This document shows positions 1-12,800 of a stretch of DNA of 64,000 bases, piece by piece. The DNA lies in contig CATNEN010000001.1 in assembly GCA_950097015.1 (NCBI GenBank), positions 11,842,001-11,906,000 of the forward strand, written 5' to 3'. Origin of the DNA: Macrostomum hystrix (lineage: Eukaryota > Animalia > Platyhelminthes). The position numbers and the translations under genes were made by a program. Every line of letters starts with the position of its first letter. Positions within the stretch are counted from its first letter, which is position 1. The notes beneath the pieces were generated by a model. The model ran no database searches. It was not told the DNA's origin and worked only from the letters and a program-made list of their open reading frames with translations.

Positions 1-1
1 C

Positions 2-867
2 TTCAAAGATGCTGGCACTGAGCCTGCGGCTATCCACTCATTCAGTCATCGAGTCAAGGTTCAGTTTGTGGACGTTGACAAAGAGCTTCGCCAAGCTGTG
101 GCGCATTTCGAGTTAGCATGCGCGCTGCTTCTAGAGGACTTGTGCCGAACGGCTTCAGTGCTTCTTAATAAATGTGGATTTAGGCAGATAGTAATCGACT
201 GCAGCCACCGCACTGCTCAAATGCTGGCGGAGTCGGTCAATCATCCTGCGCAACTCGATGAGAAGCTTGCAAAGCACTTTCTGTCGTCGGTATTTATCCT
301 CAGTCATCTTGCTAGAGTTGACAGCGAAAAACTGATTGAATCGAATATTGACACCTATTCTGGCGACATGTCAATCAAAGTCGGAGACCAGCGTCAAGCT
401 CCGTTAAGGCTCGCCGTTTGCCCGTGCCTAAATGGAGAAGATCTGCTGACATGGGCTGAACTAAAAGCCTGTTTCGACCAAACCTCAAAGTCCAGCATTG
501 CTCGGCCTGTCTATTTGTGCATATTTTTTGATGAGATCAGCACATGCGAATGGTACCTGAGGACCAAAGGTAAGAGCAACCAGCAAAAGCGGCTACCGAA
601 TCACGACACATCTCGAGTTCAACTTGAATCATCCGGCTCCGATCTGTCCATCAGGATTACTGCTTTTGATCTGCAAAACAAGAAGCTTTTCCTAGACACA
701 GGAAAAATTTCACCTGAAGAATTAAGCAAAGATTTTAGTGATGACGCTTTTCTGCGAAATGTGGTTCAACTGTGTGAGCAGCAGGCTAGGGATCAGTCTT
801 TTCGCATTGAATGCTTCACTGTGCCGTGCAGAAACACAATTAATCTTCTGCAAGCAACAGCTGAAAT
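2..867 (+). CDS. Coding exon of unknown domain (N-terminal part of the ANK-cGLR gene, open from window start)
   Basis: Frame is open from nt 2 to the donor AT|GTAAGC at 868 (ORF 68..871). Micro-exon 984-1023 (CAG|G..AAG|GTGAGT) bridges phase 2 to phase 0 into the first ankyrin exon. No recognised domain. Confidence 0.6.
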
Positions 868-3800
868 GTAAGCTTGAAATAAAGTACATTAAGTGTCTCT
901 GACATACCACTTGGTTGCAATTTTTATGTATGTTTTTGCACCATTCGGGGTACATAATGTGCCTATCGCCTTGATTTTAACAGGATCCAGGCTACACGGA
1001 CAAAGAAACAGACTGAACCAAAGGTGAGTTAAACTGAGATAAAAAATGTATAATCCCCTTGTGTATCTATTTGCATAAGTCATCGTAAAACGTTAATTGC
1101 TATTTACGAGCGTAGTATATTTTACTAGCAAATAAATTCCCCATTTGGGGTAGGGACGGAGGGAGGAAAGAAGAATTAGCTTTGAAGCCCTGACAAAAGT
1201 ACAACTTTTAAGTCCATTGGTGCTATTATCAAAGGACCCAGTTCAAACCTTCGAAATTTAATATTTAATGACCTTTAACGTAGTAGACGTTTTGTGAGTT
1301 CAAAAGAATTAGAAATATATTATTATCTGCGATTGCATTAGGTAACTTGGTCAGAGTTTTAATTCCTCGTTTAGTTAAAAAAGCAACTTTAGCGTCCCTC
1401 CGGAAAGCACAAGCAGAATAGCAGGATTTTTTATTATAAAATCCCCTAATGCAAATTACAATTGTCCTCTCAATAAGCTAATACGCTCCCTCCTGTTGGC
1501 CCCAAACATAATCACCTCTTGGCTGGCAACCTAGGCAGACAAAACCTACTCCCCCCAGCAGCAGAGAACTAATGTCCCCCCAGCAACAGAGAACTAATGT
1601 CCCCCCAGCAACAGAGAACTAATGTCCCCCCAGCAACAGAGAACTAATGTCCCCCCAGCAACAGAGAACTAATGCCCCCCCAGCAACAGAGAACTAATGT
1701 CCCCCCCAGCAACAGAGAACTAATGTCCCGCCAGAAACAGAGAACTAATGTCCCCCCCAGCAACAGAGAACTAATGTCCCGCCAGAAACAGAGAACTAAT
1801 GTCCCCCCAGCAACAGAGAACTAATGTCCCCCCCAGCAACAGAGAACTAATGTCCCGCCAGAAACAGAGAACTAATGTCCCCCCCAGCAACAGAGAACTA
1901 ATGTCCCGCCAGAAACAGAGAACTAATGTCCCCCCAGCAACAGAGAACTAATGTCCCCCCCAGCAACAGAGAACTAATGTCCCCCCAGAAACAGAGAACT
2001 AATGTCCCCCCCCCCAGCAACAGAGAACTAATGCCCCCCCAGAAACAGAGAACTAATGTATCCCACCCAGCAACAGAGAACTAATGTCCCCCCCAGCAAC
2101 AGAGAACTAATGTCCCGCCAGAAACAGAGAACTAATGTCCCCCCAGCAACAGAGAACTAATGTCCCCCCCAGCAACAGAGAACTAATGTCCCCCCAGAAA
2201 CAGAGAACTAATGTCCCTCCCCAGCAACAGAGAACTAATGTCCCCCCAGAAACAGGGAACTAATGTCCCTCCCCAGCAACAGAGAACTAATGTCTCCCCA
2301 GCAACAGAGAACTAATGTCCCCCAGCAACAGAGAACTAATGTCCCCCAGCAACAGAGAACTAATGTCCCCCCAGCAACAGAGAACTAATGTCTCCCCCAG
2401 CAACAGAGAACTAATGTCTCCCCCAGCAACAGAGAACTAATGTCCCCCCAGCAACAGAGAACTAATGTCCCCCCCAGCAACAGAGAACTAATGTCCCGCC
2501 AGAAACAGAGAACTAATGTCCCCCCAGCAACAGAGAACTAATGTCCCCCCCAGCAACAGAGAACTAATGTCCCCCCAGAAACAGAGAACTAATGTCCCCC
2601 CCCCCAGCAACAGAGAACTAATGCCCCCCCCAGAAACAGAGAACTAATGTATCCCACCCAGCAACAGAGAACTAATGTCCCCCCCAGCAACAGAGAACTA
2701 ATGTCCCCCCAGAAACAGAGAACTAATGTCTCCCCCCCAGCAACAGAGAACTAATGTCCCCCCAGAAACAGAGAACTAATGTCCCTCCCCAGCAACAGAG
2801 AACTAATGTCCCCCCAGAAACAGGGAACTAATGTCCCTCCCCAGAAACAGGGAACTAATGTCCCCCCAGCAACAGAGAACTAATGTCCCCCCAGCAACAG
2901 AGAACTAATGTCCCCCAGCAACAGAGAACTAATGTCCCCCAGCAACAGAGAACTAATGTCCCCCCAGCAACAGAGAACTAATGTCTCCCCCAGCAACAGA
3001 GAACTAATGTCTCCCCCAGCAACAGAGAACTAATGTCCCCCCAGCAACAGAGAACTAATGTCCCCCCAGCAACAGAGAACTAATGTCCCCCCAGCAACAG
3101 AGAACTAATGTACCCCAGCAACAGAGAACTAATGTCCCCCAGCAACAGAGAACTAATGTCCCCCCAGCAACAGAGAACTAATGTCCCCCCAGCAACAGAG
3201 AACTAATGTCCCCCCAGCAACAGAGAACTAATGTCCCCCAGCAACAGAGAACTAATGTCCCCCAGCAACAGAGAACTAATGTCCCCCCAGCAACAGAGAA
3301 CTAATGTCCCCCCAGCAACAGAGAACTAATGTCCCCCCAGCAACAGAGAACTAATGTCTCCCCCAGCAACAGAGAACTAATGTCTCCCCCAGCAACAGAG
3401 AACTAATGTCCCCCCAGCAACAGAGAACTAATGTCCCCCCAGCAACAGAGAACTAATGTCCCCCCAGCAACAGAGAACTAATGTCTCCCCCAGCAACAGA
3501 GAACTAATGTCTCCCCCAGCAACAGAGAACTAATGTCCCCCCAGCAACAGAGAACTAATGTCCCCCCAGCAACAGAGAACTAATGTCCCGCCAGAAACAG
3601 AGAACTAATGTCCCCCAGCAACAGAGAACTAATGTCCCCCAGCAACAGAGAACTAATGTTCCCCCAGCAACAGAGAACTAATGTCCCCCCAGCAACAGAG
3701 AACTAATGTCCCCCCAGCAACAGAGAACTAATGTCCCCCCAGCAACAGAGAACTAATGTCCCCCAGCAACAGAGAACTAATGTCCCCCCAGCAACAGAGA

Positions 3801-6800
3801 ACTAATGTCCCCCCAGCAACAGAGAACTAATGTCCCCCCAGCAGAAAAGAATTAATATCTCCCAAACAGAAGAGAACCTCCATAATACCTTTCTACTAAA
3901 CTTTCTTAGACAGGAAACCATTGCCCCATAGCAGAGAAACGATTTTACTCAGCCCAGCAGTCAACCAATATCCGTTCGCAACATTCTTTCAATGCCTCTC
4001 TTTAGCAGAGAACCAATGACCCCCTTAATAATAATAATAACGACACTAGACCCAAGGGCCAGTGCAGGTGTTGTTTGTCAAGCACACGCGCAGGTGGGAC
4101 TGCACACCTAATGTACTCCCCGGCTCTCTCGGACACCGTTTGACAGCCGCGTGTCAGCAATGGAATTTATTTTTTCCAAACAGCATCGGCAGCATCCAAA
4201 CCCCACTGAATTGCCGCACAAAGCAGCTTTATTCCACGCCAGCCGGAATTACTATTACCCGACGAAATTTCGGTACTCATTTGCAGCTGAGTAGACTGTG
4301 TGCACATCAGGGCAAAGCAGCTTGCCAAAGGCTGCACGAATAGTTCTAGACTAGGTCCCAGGTCCCAGAGTCGAACCCAGGACCATCTGATCCAGAGTCC
4401 AACACCTTACTGACTGAGCTATCCGCCCTTAAGCAGGTAACCAATGACCCCCTTTAGCAGAGAAGAATGGCCTGTTTTAGCAGAAAGCTAAGTTTTCAAT
4501 GCCACATTTTCAGAATTTGAAAATTTGAAAATAAGAAGCACTAAAACTCAGTACGCCAGGGACAGTTGAGAAAGATTTTCACAAATTACTACGCAAGGAT
4601 GTCGACCAAAGTCCCTCAGCAGGTAACTATGGTTTCCCTTTAGCAAAGAACTAATGACACATTTAGCAGGTAACCTATTACCCTTATTAGCAGCTAACTA
4701 ATGATACCCCTTTAGCAGGCAATTAATAGCCCTTTTAACAAAGAAAAATTCCTCTTTTCGCAGGAACTCAATTCTCACCCCAGCAGGCAACCAATGCCCT
4801 TCACTGTTAGACACATTTAGAAAACTGGTGGACACATTTAGAAAACTGGTGGACACATTTAGAAAACTGGTGGACACATTTAGAAAACTGGTGGACACAT
4901 TTAGAAAACTGGTGGACACATTTAGAAAACTGGTGGACACATTTAGAAAACTGGTGGACACATTTAGAAAACTGTTAGACATATTTAGAAAACTGGTGGA
5001 CACATTTAGAAAACTGGTGGACACATTTAGAAAACTGGTGGACACATTTAGAAAACTGGTGGACACATTTAGAAAACTGGTGGACACATTTAGAAAACTG
5101 GTGGAGATAAACTGAGATTAAAAATCTATAATCCTCCTGTGTATCAATTTGCATAAGTCATCGTAAAACGTTTATTGCTATTAGTAACATAAATTATTCG
5201 AATAAGATATTTTTCATCATAACTAAGCGTTTCTTTCACAATTTACAGTCACCTTCAATCATTCTGAAGGAGGCCTCTGCCGCCGGAGACACTTCAGAGC
5301 TCTTGAAAATCCTGGACTCCAGCTCGTCCTCAGGGCTCCATGACCCGGATGAGTCGTTCCCGCATCGCACGGCCCCCCTCTGCGCCGCAGCTGCTTCGGT
5401 CTCTGATTTCTCACAGGGCGTTGCGTCACATGCTGAATGCGTGAAGATACTCATCAGCAGAGGAGCTGATCCTGGTGTCACCGACATTCGCGGCCACACA
5501 CTGCTTCACTGCGCCGTTATCTCGGGAAACGAGTTTCTTGCCGCAGAGTTGCTCGCAAGTAAGTCTGTGGATGTGAACAGCAAAGATTCAAATGGAAAAA
5601 CTGCCTTGCATCACGCAGTTGAAGCAGGCAACTTGAAGATTGCTAGCAGCTTGCTAGCAGACGGTCAGGCTGATTGCCGCATTGTCGATAAGGCAGGGCG
5701 ATCTGCGCTCACCTTGGCGGTGGCCTCTGAAAACATTGAGCTGGTGAAGATTCTGGTGCAGCATGAACCCGAAATCCTGTTGGAGAGCGGAGCCAAGAAA
5801 TTCTGCGATCACTTCTATGCCGCTTGGAAGCTGGGGCACCAAGACATCTGCCTGCATCTTCTCAGGTGAGTCCTGGGACTCTCATTTTCATCATTTGTCC
5901 TAATAACATGAACGAAACTTAGATAAAATCGAAAATGACAACGCTTATATCTTTCAGCAAAAAGTTTTCAACTGATGAGGACTCACTCCAGGTACGGTGT
6001 TTTAAAGGCATCATTAATTTTGCTTTAAAGACGTAAGAGAAAAAAGTACATTCATATTTTAGGGCGCTGAGGACATGGGCCACCTTATAATCCACGGAAA
6101 GGTGAAGGAATTCGACAAGCTCCTGACAACAGAGAACTGCAACTGGAGAGATTGGGAAGGCAAAACTCTTCTCATGGTCGCCGCTAGTCGAGGTTCCAAG
6201 CCTTTTAAGAGGCAGGCCAAATGCGCTGAGCTACTGCTCAATCGAGGAGCTGATCACAGTGCTACTGATGTGGAGGGCAATACACCTCTGCACCTGGCAG
6301 CTGCTGTAGATAACCTATTAGTAGTCAAGCTGCTACTGCGGGCCGGTGCTTCACCATCGACTAGGAATCTGTATGATGCAACTCCATCAATTGTGGCTGA
6401 GCAATCCGGTCATGAAAAGTCCTTGAGTGTCCTGAGAAATGCTGCTGAAGAAGCTGGGTAAGCTTTGATGACAAACGCATATTAGTAAATCTCCAAGGTT
6501 TGACCGGTATTTAATTTATCAACTTAACTAGCAATTAATTACAGTTTTTATTACTTTATAACTTTATGACTTGAAACTATTTTACTCTGGATACATAACA
6601 AGAGGAATTAAAGACAATTTTATTTTGGGCACTAAGTTTTAACATACGAGTATTTAACCTCACTCTTTATGAGCAGCATGTGGTGAAGGCCAGCAGGTAT
6701 ATATGTATATATGGCAACAGAACACGAAAGGCTATCAAGGCCCGCCCCTGTCGTGATGCTTCTCCTGGAGACCAAAAATGTGCCAGACCTCTCTTTGGTG

Positions 6801-9800
6801 GCCGTCACCCGGCTATTGAGTGGCTGCGCGGGCCGACGGTGCGAGCAAATTCGATCTTTTCCACCGTAAACAGACCACGAAGACCATGGAGACCACAGCT
6901 GCCACCGCGTGCCCCCCTTCGTCCGATGTGTCGCCTCCGCTGGCCATACAGCAGCGACAACAACTGCCGCTCGACTCGTTCTGCCGGGACCTGGCCTGCG
7001 TGCGGCTGCGACTTATTGGCTGCCACCAAAAAACCATGAAAATACAAAAATCGTCTCCGCCCTCGTAGACCGCACCGCTCTCAAGAACTCACCTTGTTGT
7101 AAATGAATAGTAGCGAGTCAGCCAAGTTAGTATCCGAAACTTTCACGCCAAGTTGGCTCTCAGTTATTGGACTATATACATTCTGCGCCAATCGATATCA
7201 GAGGTGTACATGTACGCTCGTACGAACTATGTACGTGCATTAATCAACGGCACAACATTCACCTTCCCTTTAAAAGGATAGAGCAACGAAAATAATTATG
7301 CAAATATTGAGCAGGAAATAAAAGTGCATTACCAAGCATCGAAGGAGTAAAATGATATTTTTATGCATCAGGTACTTCAAAGAGAATTAAATCGAAACAG
7401 CTGATCGCTAATAACAGCTGAATAACCGTCACTAATAAACGAGTCAGTGAGTCACGATTTCACCGTACCATTGCGGCGGCGCTCGCGGCCTTGAGCTCAC
7501 TCGGATCGCCGTCTGGGCTGGCTGCTGCTGTCTCGCTGGGTCTGCCGCCGTCGCCGCCTCCGCGGCTGTCCCGGCTGCGCTGGGAGCCGGCGCTGGCCAG
7601 TGCGGCAGCGCTCCGGCTGGCCGCGGTACCCGGACGCAGTTGTCGACGTGCCAGCGGGAGCCATCGCTGAGGATGACGGTGGTCGCGCTCGCGATCCGGG
7701 AGATCTGCCGTGGCTCGGACAGGCGGCTGCTCAGCTTGCCGCGGGCGAACGGCCGCTTCACGCGCACCCAGTCGCCGACTATGAACGTGGGCGGCGGCCT
7801 CCGAGTCGTGTTGAGCTGATCGAAAACGCGCTGCTGCCTCCGCTTGATGCTGGCCGCCAGTCTGTGCCGCGCTGTTGTCCTTGGCTGCAGAGCTGTCAAC
7901 GGGGTGCTGATCTTCCGGCCTGTCATGAGCTCCGCCGGTGACACTCCAGTCAGTGCATGCAGGGTGGCCCTGTACGACCACAGCAGCGTCTTCACCGCGT
8001 CCTTGAAGTCGTAGCCCTCCTCTAGGTGCGTCTTTAGGCCGTCCTTGAAAAAACGGTTGAAGCGCTCTACGGCCGCGTTGCCCTGGGGGTGGTAGTGCGG
8101 TGACTGCCGGTGCCGGATGCCGCAGCGCTGAAGAAAATCCTCGAAATCGCCGGACACGAACTGCGGACCTCCGTCTGTTTTAATGCTCTTCGGCAGGCCC
8201 CAGCGGCTAAACCACGTTGTCAGGGCGTCGATGACATCCGCGCTTGTGACAGTCGACATGCAGGCAGCCTCCGGCCACTTTGAATGCAAATCGTACAGCA
8301 CTAGGATGAAGCGACAGGAGTTCGGCGCAGAGTGCAGCTCCCCGAAGATGTCGAGCTGGAGTTCCTCCCATGGACGCGTCGGCCACTTCGTAGGGTCAGG
8401 ACCGTCTTGGGTGGCTTAAAGTTCTTCTCGCTAAGCAGGCAGGCCTCGCAATGTCGCACAAATTCCTCGATATGCTGAACGATTTGCGGCCACCAGACTG
8501 CGTCCCGGCAATGCTGCTTTATTTTGCTCACGCCGAGGTGCCCGAAATGCACCAGCTGCAGCGTCTTCTCCCTCAGGGATGCGGGGATTACTGCTCGGGT
8601 GCCGTTGGCCAGGCACTTGCCGTCATTCCAGAGCGCCAGTTGCGTCCGCATCCTCCAGAACGGCTGCAGCTCCGGCTTCAGCTGCTTGATGGAGTTAGGC
8701 CACCCCTGGAGCGTCATTGTGACCGCCTCATTGATCACCGGGTCCTGCAGGGATGCCTCGGCCAGTTCGCTTGGACTGACAATCTCCAGCGCGCCCGATA
8801 GCAGTACGGCATTCACTTGGAGCTCGGTCGAGTCCTCCAGCTTGTCCAGCACTGTCGTGAGCCACCGCAGGTGCTCCGCCTCGTTGGCAGCGTGCACCAC
8901 TATGTCGTCGATGTAGTGCAGCGTTCCGGAACAGCCATGGAGAATCTTGCTGAGAACTTTCTGGAAGGCCGCCGGGGCGCTGTTTAGGCCATAGCATACG
9001 CGCTTGTACCGGTACAGCCCTTTCTCCGTAATGAAGGCCGTTAAGTCCCGCCTATCTTCTGCTAGCTCCAATTGCAGATACGAAGAATTTAAATCCAGCT
9101 TAGTGAACACGGTCGAGCCCTTGAACTCCGTTGTCAGCTCCTCGAATGTCGGCAGCGGCTGCTTTTCCGGAACTATGGCCTTGTTTGGGCACCTGAGGTC
9201 ATTGCAGACCCTGATTTTGCCATCAGGCTTCGGGACGATCACCAGGTTCGAAATCCACTCTGAAGCCTGGATCTCCTCGATGATGTCATCCGCCAGCAGC
9301 TGGTCAATCTCCGCCTGGACTTTGTCCTTGATGCTAAGTGGGATGCGGCGTAGCGATTGCGCCACCGGGGGCACGGCGGGGTTCAGCCTGGGCCGGTGCT
9401 CGAATCCTCGGATCCGCCCGAGTCCCTGCGTCAGTGGCTTGAAGCGCTCGGCCAGCCAGACCGGTAGCTCTGCCGTTTTTTCGACTGTGCGCACGAGGTC
9501 GCCGTCCTTGTCCACCACCTGGAAGCTGAGGTGCTGCATCAGATCCGTTCCCATGATGTCGGAGCCTTGCCGTACCACGGTAAAGCAGAAAAATGGCACC
9601 AGCTGGCCGCGATAGCTGACGGACAGCACCGCCTCGCCGACGACATCGATTGCCTTGCCGTTGTACGCGATGAGTTTCTTGGTCGACGGCTGAAGTGGCG
9701 ACCGGTTTCCGAGCTTCCTGAAGGTCCTCTCTGACAGGATGGACACCTTGGCTCCCGAGTCTACAAGCAGATTCAGCCAGATGCCATGCACCTTCAGCCG

Positions 9801-12800
9801 GCAGCGGATGTCGGGACTGGCGGCGCCGCGCACCATGTACACGGCTTGGCCGCTCTCGTCCATGACCTCGGCGACCTTGGCGCCCTGAGACCTGCACATC
9901 CGGCCGAAATGGTTCGCCTTCCCGCAGACTTGACAACTCTTGCCTTCAGCTGGACACCGGGCTCGTCTGTTGTGCCCGCCTCCGCACTTGGAGCATGACT
10001 CTCGATCTGGTCGCCCTTGTCCTGTGTTCTTCCTGTCTGGTTGTAGTCGGACTCTCTTCACCTCTTCTTCCAGCTGTGCTCCGGCCGCGGCTGCGCCTTC
10101 CGTCTCTATCGCGCTGGCCTCAGCGATGCTGGTCTCCCATTGCTGGCTCAGCGTCACTGCCTTCTGCAGCGTCAGGCCGTCCTCGATCAGCAAGCGCTCT
10201 CGAATTCGCCGGACGCTGACTGCGCTGCCGAAACTTGTGGCGCTCCGCCACCACGTTGACTTTGGCTCCGAACTGCTCGTCCAGAATCGCGACTGTCGAC
10301 GCGAGTTCTGTCGGACTCGGCCTCTTCGTTGCCGCCACAGCCGCAAAGACTCGCTGCCCTTCCGCGCCAAGGCAGTGCAGCAACAGCGCGCGCCTCCTCG
10401 CTTACGGCAAAGTGTCGTAGCCGGCCGCAAGTAAGTAGTTCTCAAAGAGGGCCTTCCACTCTTTCCACGGCCTCGCCGGTCGGCCCGGCTGCGGCAGGAA
10501 TTGATCCGGCGGCGATACGCTGATCCGCGGCGCTTCTGCTGAGTTGCTGTCACTCGTCATGTTTCAGTTTGCACTTTTGCAGTTTGGCGCTGTTGTTTAC
10601 GCTTGGCTTGGCAGGCTTGCAGTCACTTCACTTCAGTCTACTCCGACCCCGGCTTATTGGGGTGGGTGTTCGCTTGAGCTTGCGATGCCAATGTTGTAAA
10701 TGAATAGTAGCGAGTCAGCCAAGTTAGTATCCGAAACTTTCACGCCAAGTTGGCTCTATTGGACCATATATATTCTGCGCCAATCGATATCAGAGGTGTA
10801 CATGTACGAACTATGTACGTGCATTAATCAACTGCACAACACACCTCACAGCCTCTATGTGCTCGACCGCCAACGCCCCCTCCGACCCATATAAATAGCA
10901 CTGCCTGTGCTGCCAGGTCCTCATCGACATCAAGCGCTGAGCCGCTGTGAAGTTCAATGGTTGCTCCAGTTGCCTCCGGTCTCCGACTTAGGCAGCTTTG
11001 TCGCCTCAGCCTGCCAGCGCCCGCTGCCAGCCGCGTCGTCCACGGCCCTTCCGGCCGACAGCGACCCCACTTCGCCTCGCGCCAACCAACCGCGCCGTTG
11101 ACTGTAGAACACGTCAGAATGCCCCCCACCGGACAGGGGACGCCGTGTTGCCATCTTCCTCATTCACGGAAGGGGATGCACTTCAACACCATCAAAGACG
11201 GTAGCCAGGCCCCCCCTTGGAATCGCAGCGTGGACCGCGCACTTCGAAAGCGTCTAGAAAGCGTCTACGCCCAGCTGGAGAGCACACTCCAAGAAGCCTT
11301 GTCCGCCTCTTGCGACCAGTTCAGCCACTGCCGCTAAAGAACTCGAAAGGTTTCCACCTTCTAATTGGCGACGTTTTGAGCGCATCGAAGGACTCCATTC
11401 CCCGGAACTTCCGCCGAGGTACCACTAAAACGCATCATGCAACGGGCTGACAACAAATAGACTACTCGGGCCCTTCTCAACTCCGCATTCCGCTAGAGCA
11501 TCTGGAACGATTGAAGAGATTTCTCTGGCCTGAGCTCAGGTCATTTGGAACAATACTGTTTTCTGTCTCCGACTTAGGCAGCTTTAGGCAACTCCTAGAA
11601 CTCCTAGCCTGGGCCGGCCTGCTACGATAGAACTCCTAGACATTTTGGAACAAGACCTGAGCCGAGCCCAACATGAACTCGGGCCAGTTTCGTCCTCTGT
11701 ATCGTTCGTTTCATAACTGACAGCCGTTCGAGAACGGCCTTCCTAAGGATAGTGTCATCGCCCCGCTGTTCTGGCTCATTTTCGTCAACGACCTACCTGC
11801 AGTCGTCAAGGTTGTCAGGGGCTAGCGAAATGGGCGGTCCCATCTGCCTCCTCGCTGCATCCGCTCGGGCCGGTGTACCCTGCAGATGAGTTAAGTAAAA
11901 ATAAAGCAGTCGTCAAGGAGCAGTGTGACATCAATCTGTACACCGATGACAGAAGTGGAAGTTGCTGCTCAGCCATGATAAATCAGCCATCCACCTTTCT
12001 CCCTTTCGCCGTCGAAGACGTGCGCTCGAACGGCAAACGGCAAAGTCAGCCTCCAAGAGACTATCCACAGGCAGGCATTCAACGTTAACTCGCGCCTGCT
12101 AGAAAAAACGCTTGATGGACAGCTTAACTTCGGCAAGCGTAGCACGGTGCCGAGGTGAGGAGCCTAATGGCCTAACGCCACAGGGCTCAGTCCACCCTCG
12201 CCAACCACACCTACGGCGCTGTCCTGGTGGTCCTAGGCTCGGCATAAATCGCCACAATTAGGGCCTGCGCCGACTATAGCAGCACCATCTAGCTCTCCGG
12301 TGCCTCCCCCACGACCATAGACGCTATCTAGAGTCAGCAGTGCATCTTTGCCCGCGTTTTGAGGCAACACTCAGAATCTTGTCACCCAGCGCGTGGCCGA
12401 CTTGCTGCCCATCGGCAACTCTTCGGCAAAAGCCTTCGCGCACGACCCGGCCGCGTCTTAAGAGCCGCAGCTACGACATTGAGACCAGCATTTTCCGACT
12501 GGGAGGCGAAGAACTGCCTATTTAACATCGATCGTTCTCGTCTATTCCGAAGCTGCTGGCACCGTGCCGTCGTGTCCTCATCGGCCCTCCAGTGCGAGGC
12601 GTTAGCCTGGGCCGCCTGCTACGACAGAAATCCTAGGCATCTGCGCCGCCCTGGACTTCTGCCTTCATGACGCGCACCAACCTTCCGTCATTCCGTCGGC
12701 ATCTTATGCGACACTGCAGTGCCTTGAAAGCCCTGGCGCAAGGCCTGAGGCACCAGACCTCTGCCGTCGGCCTTGATTGCTGGGGCATCACCGGCAAACT

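Noticed and set aside
1549-3843. CRISPR-like array
   Set aside because: The units are head-to-tail with no unique spacers, there are no cas genes, and the context is a eukaryotic intron.
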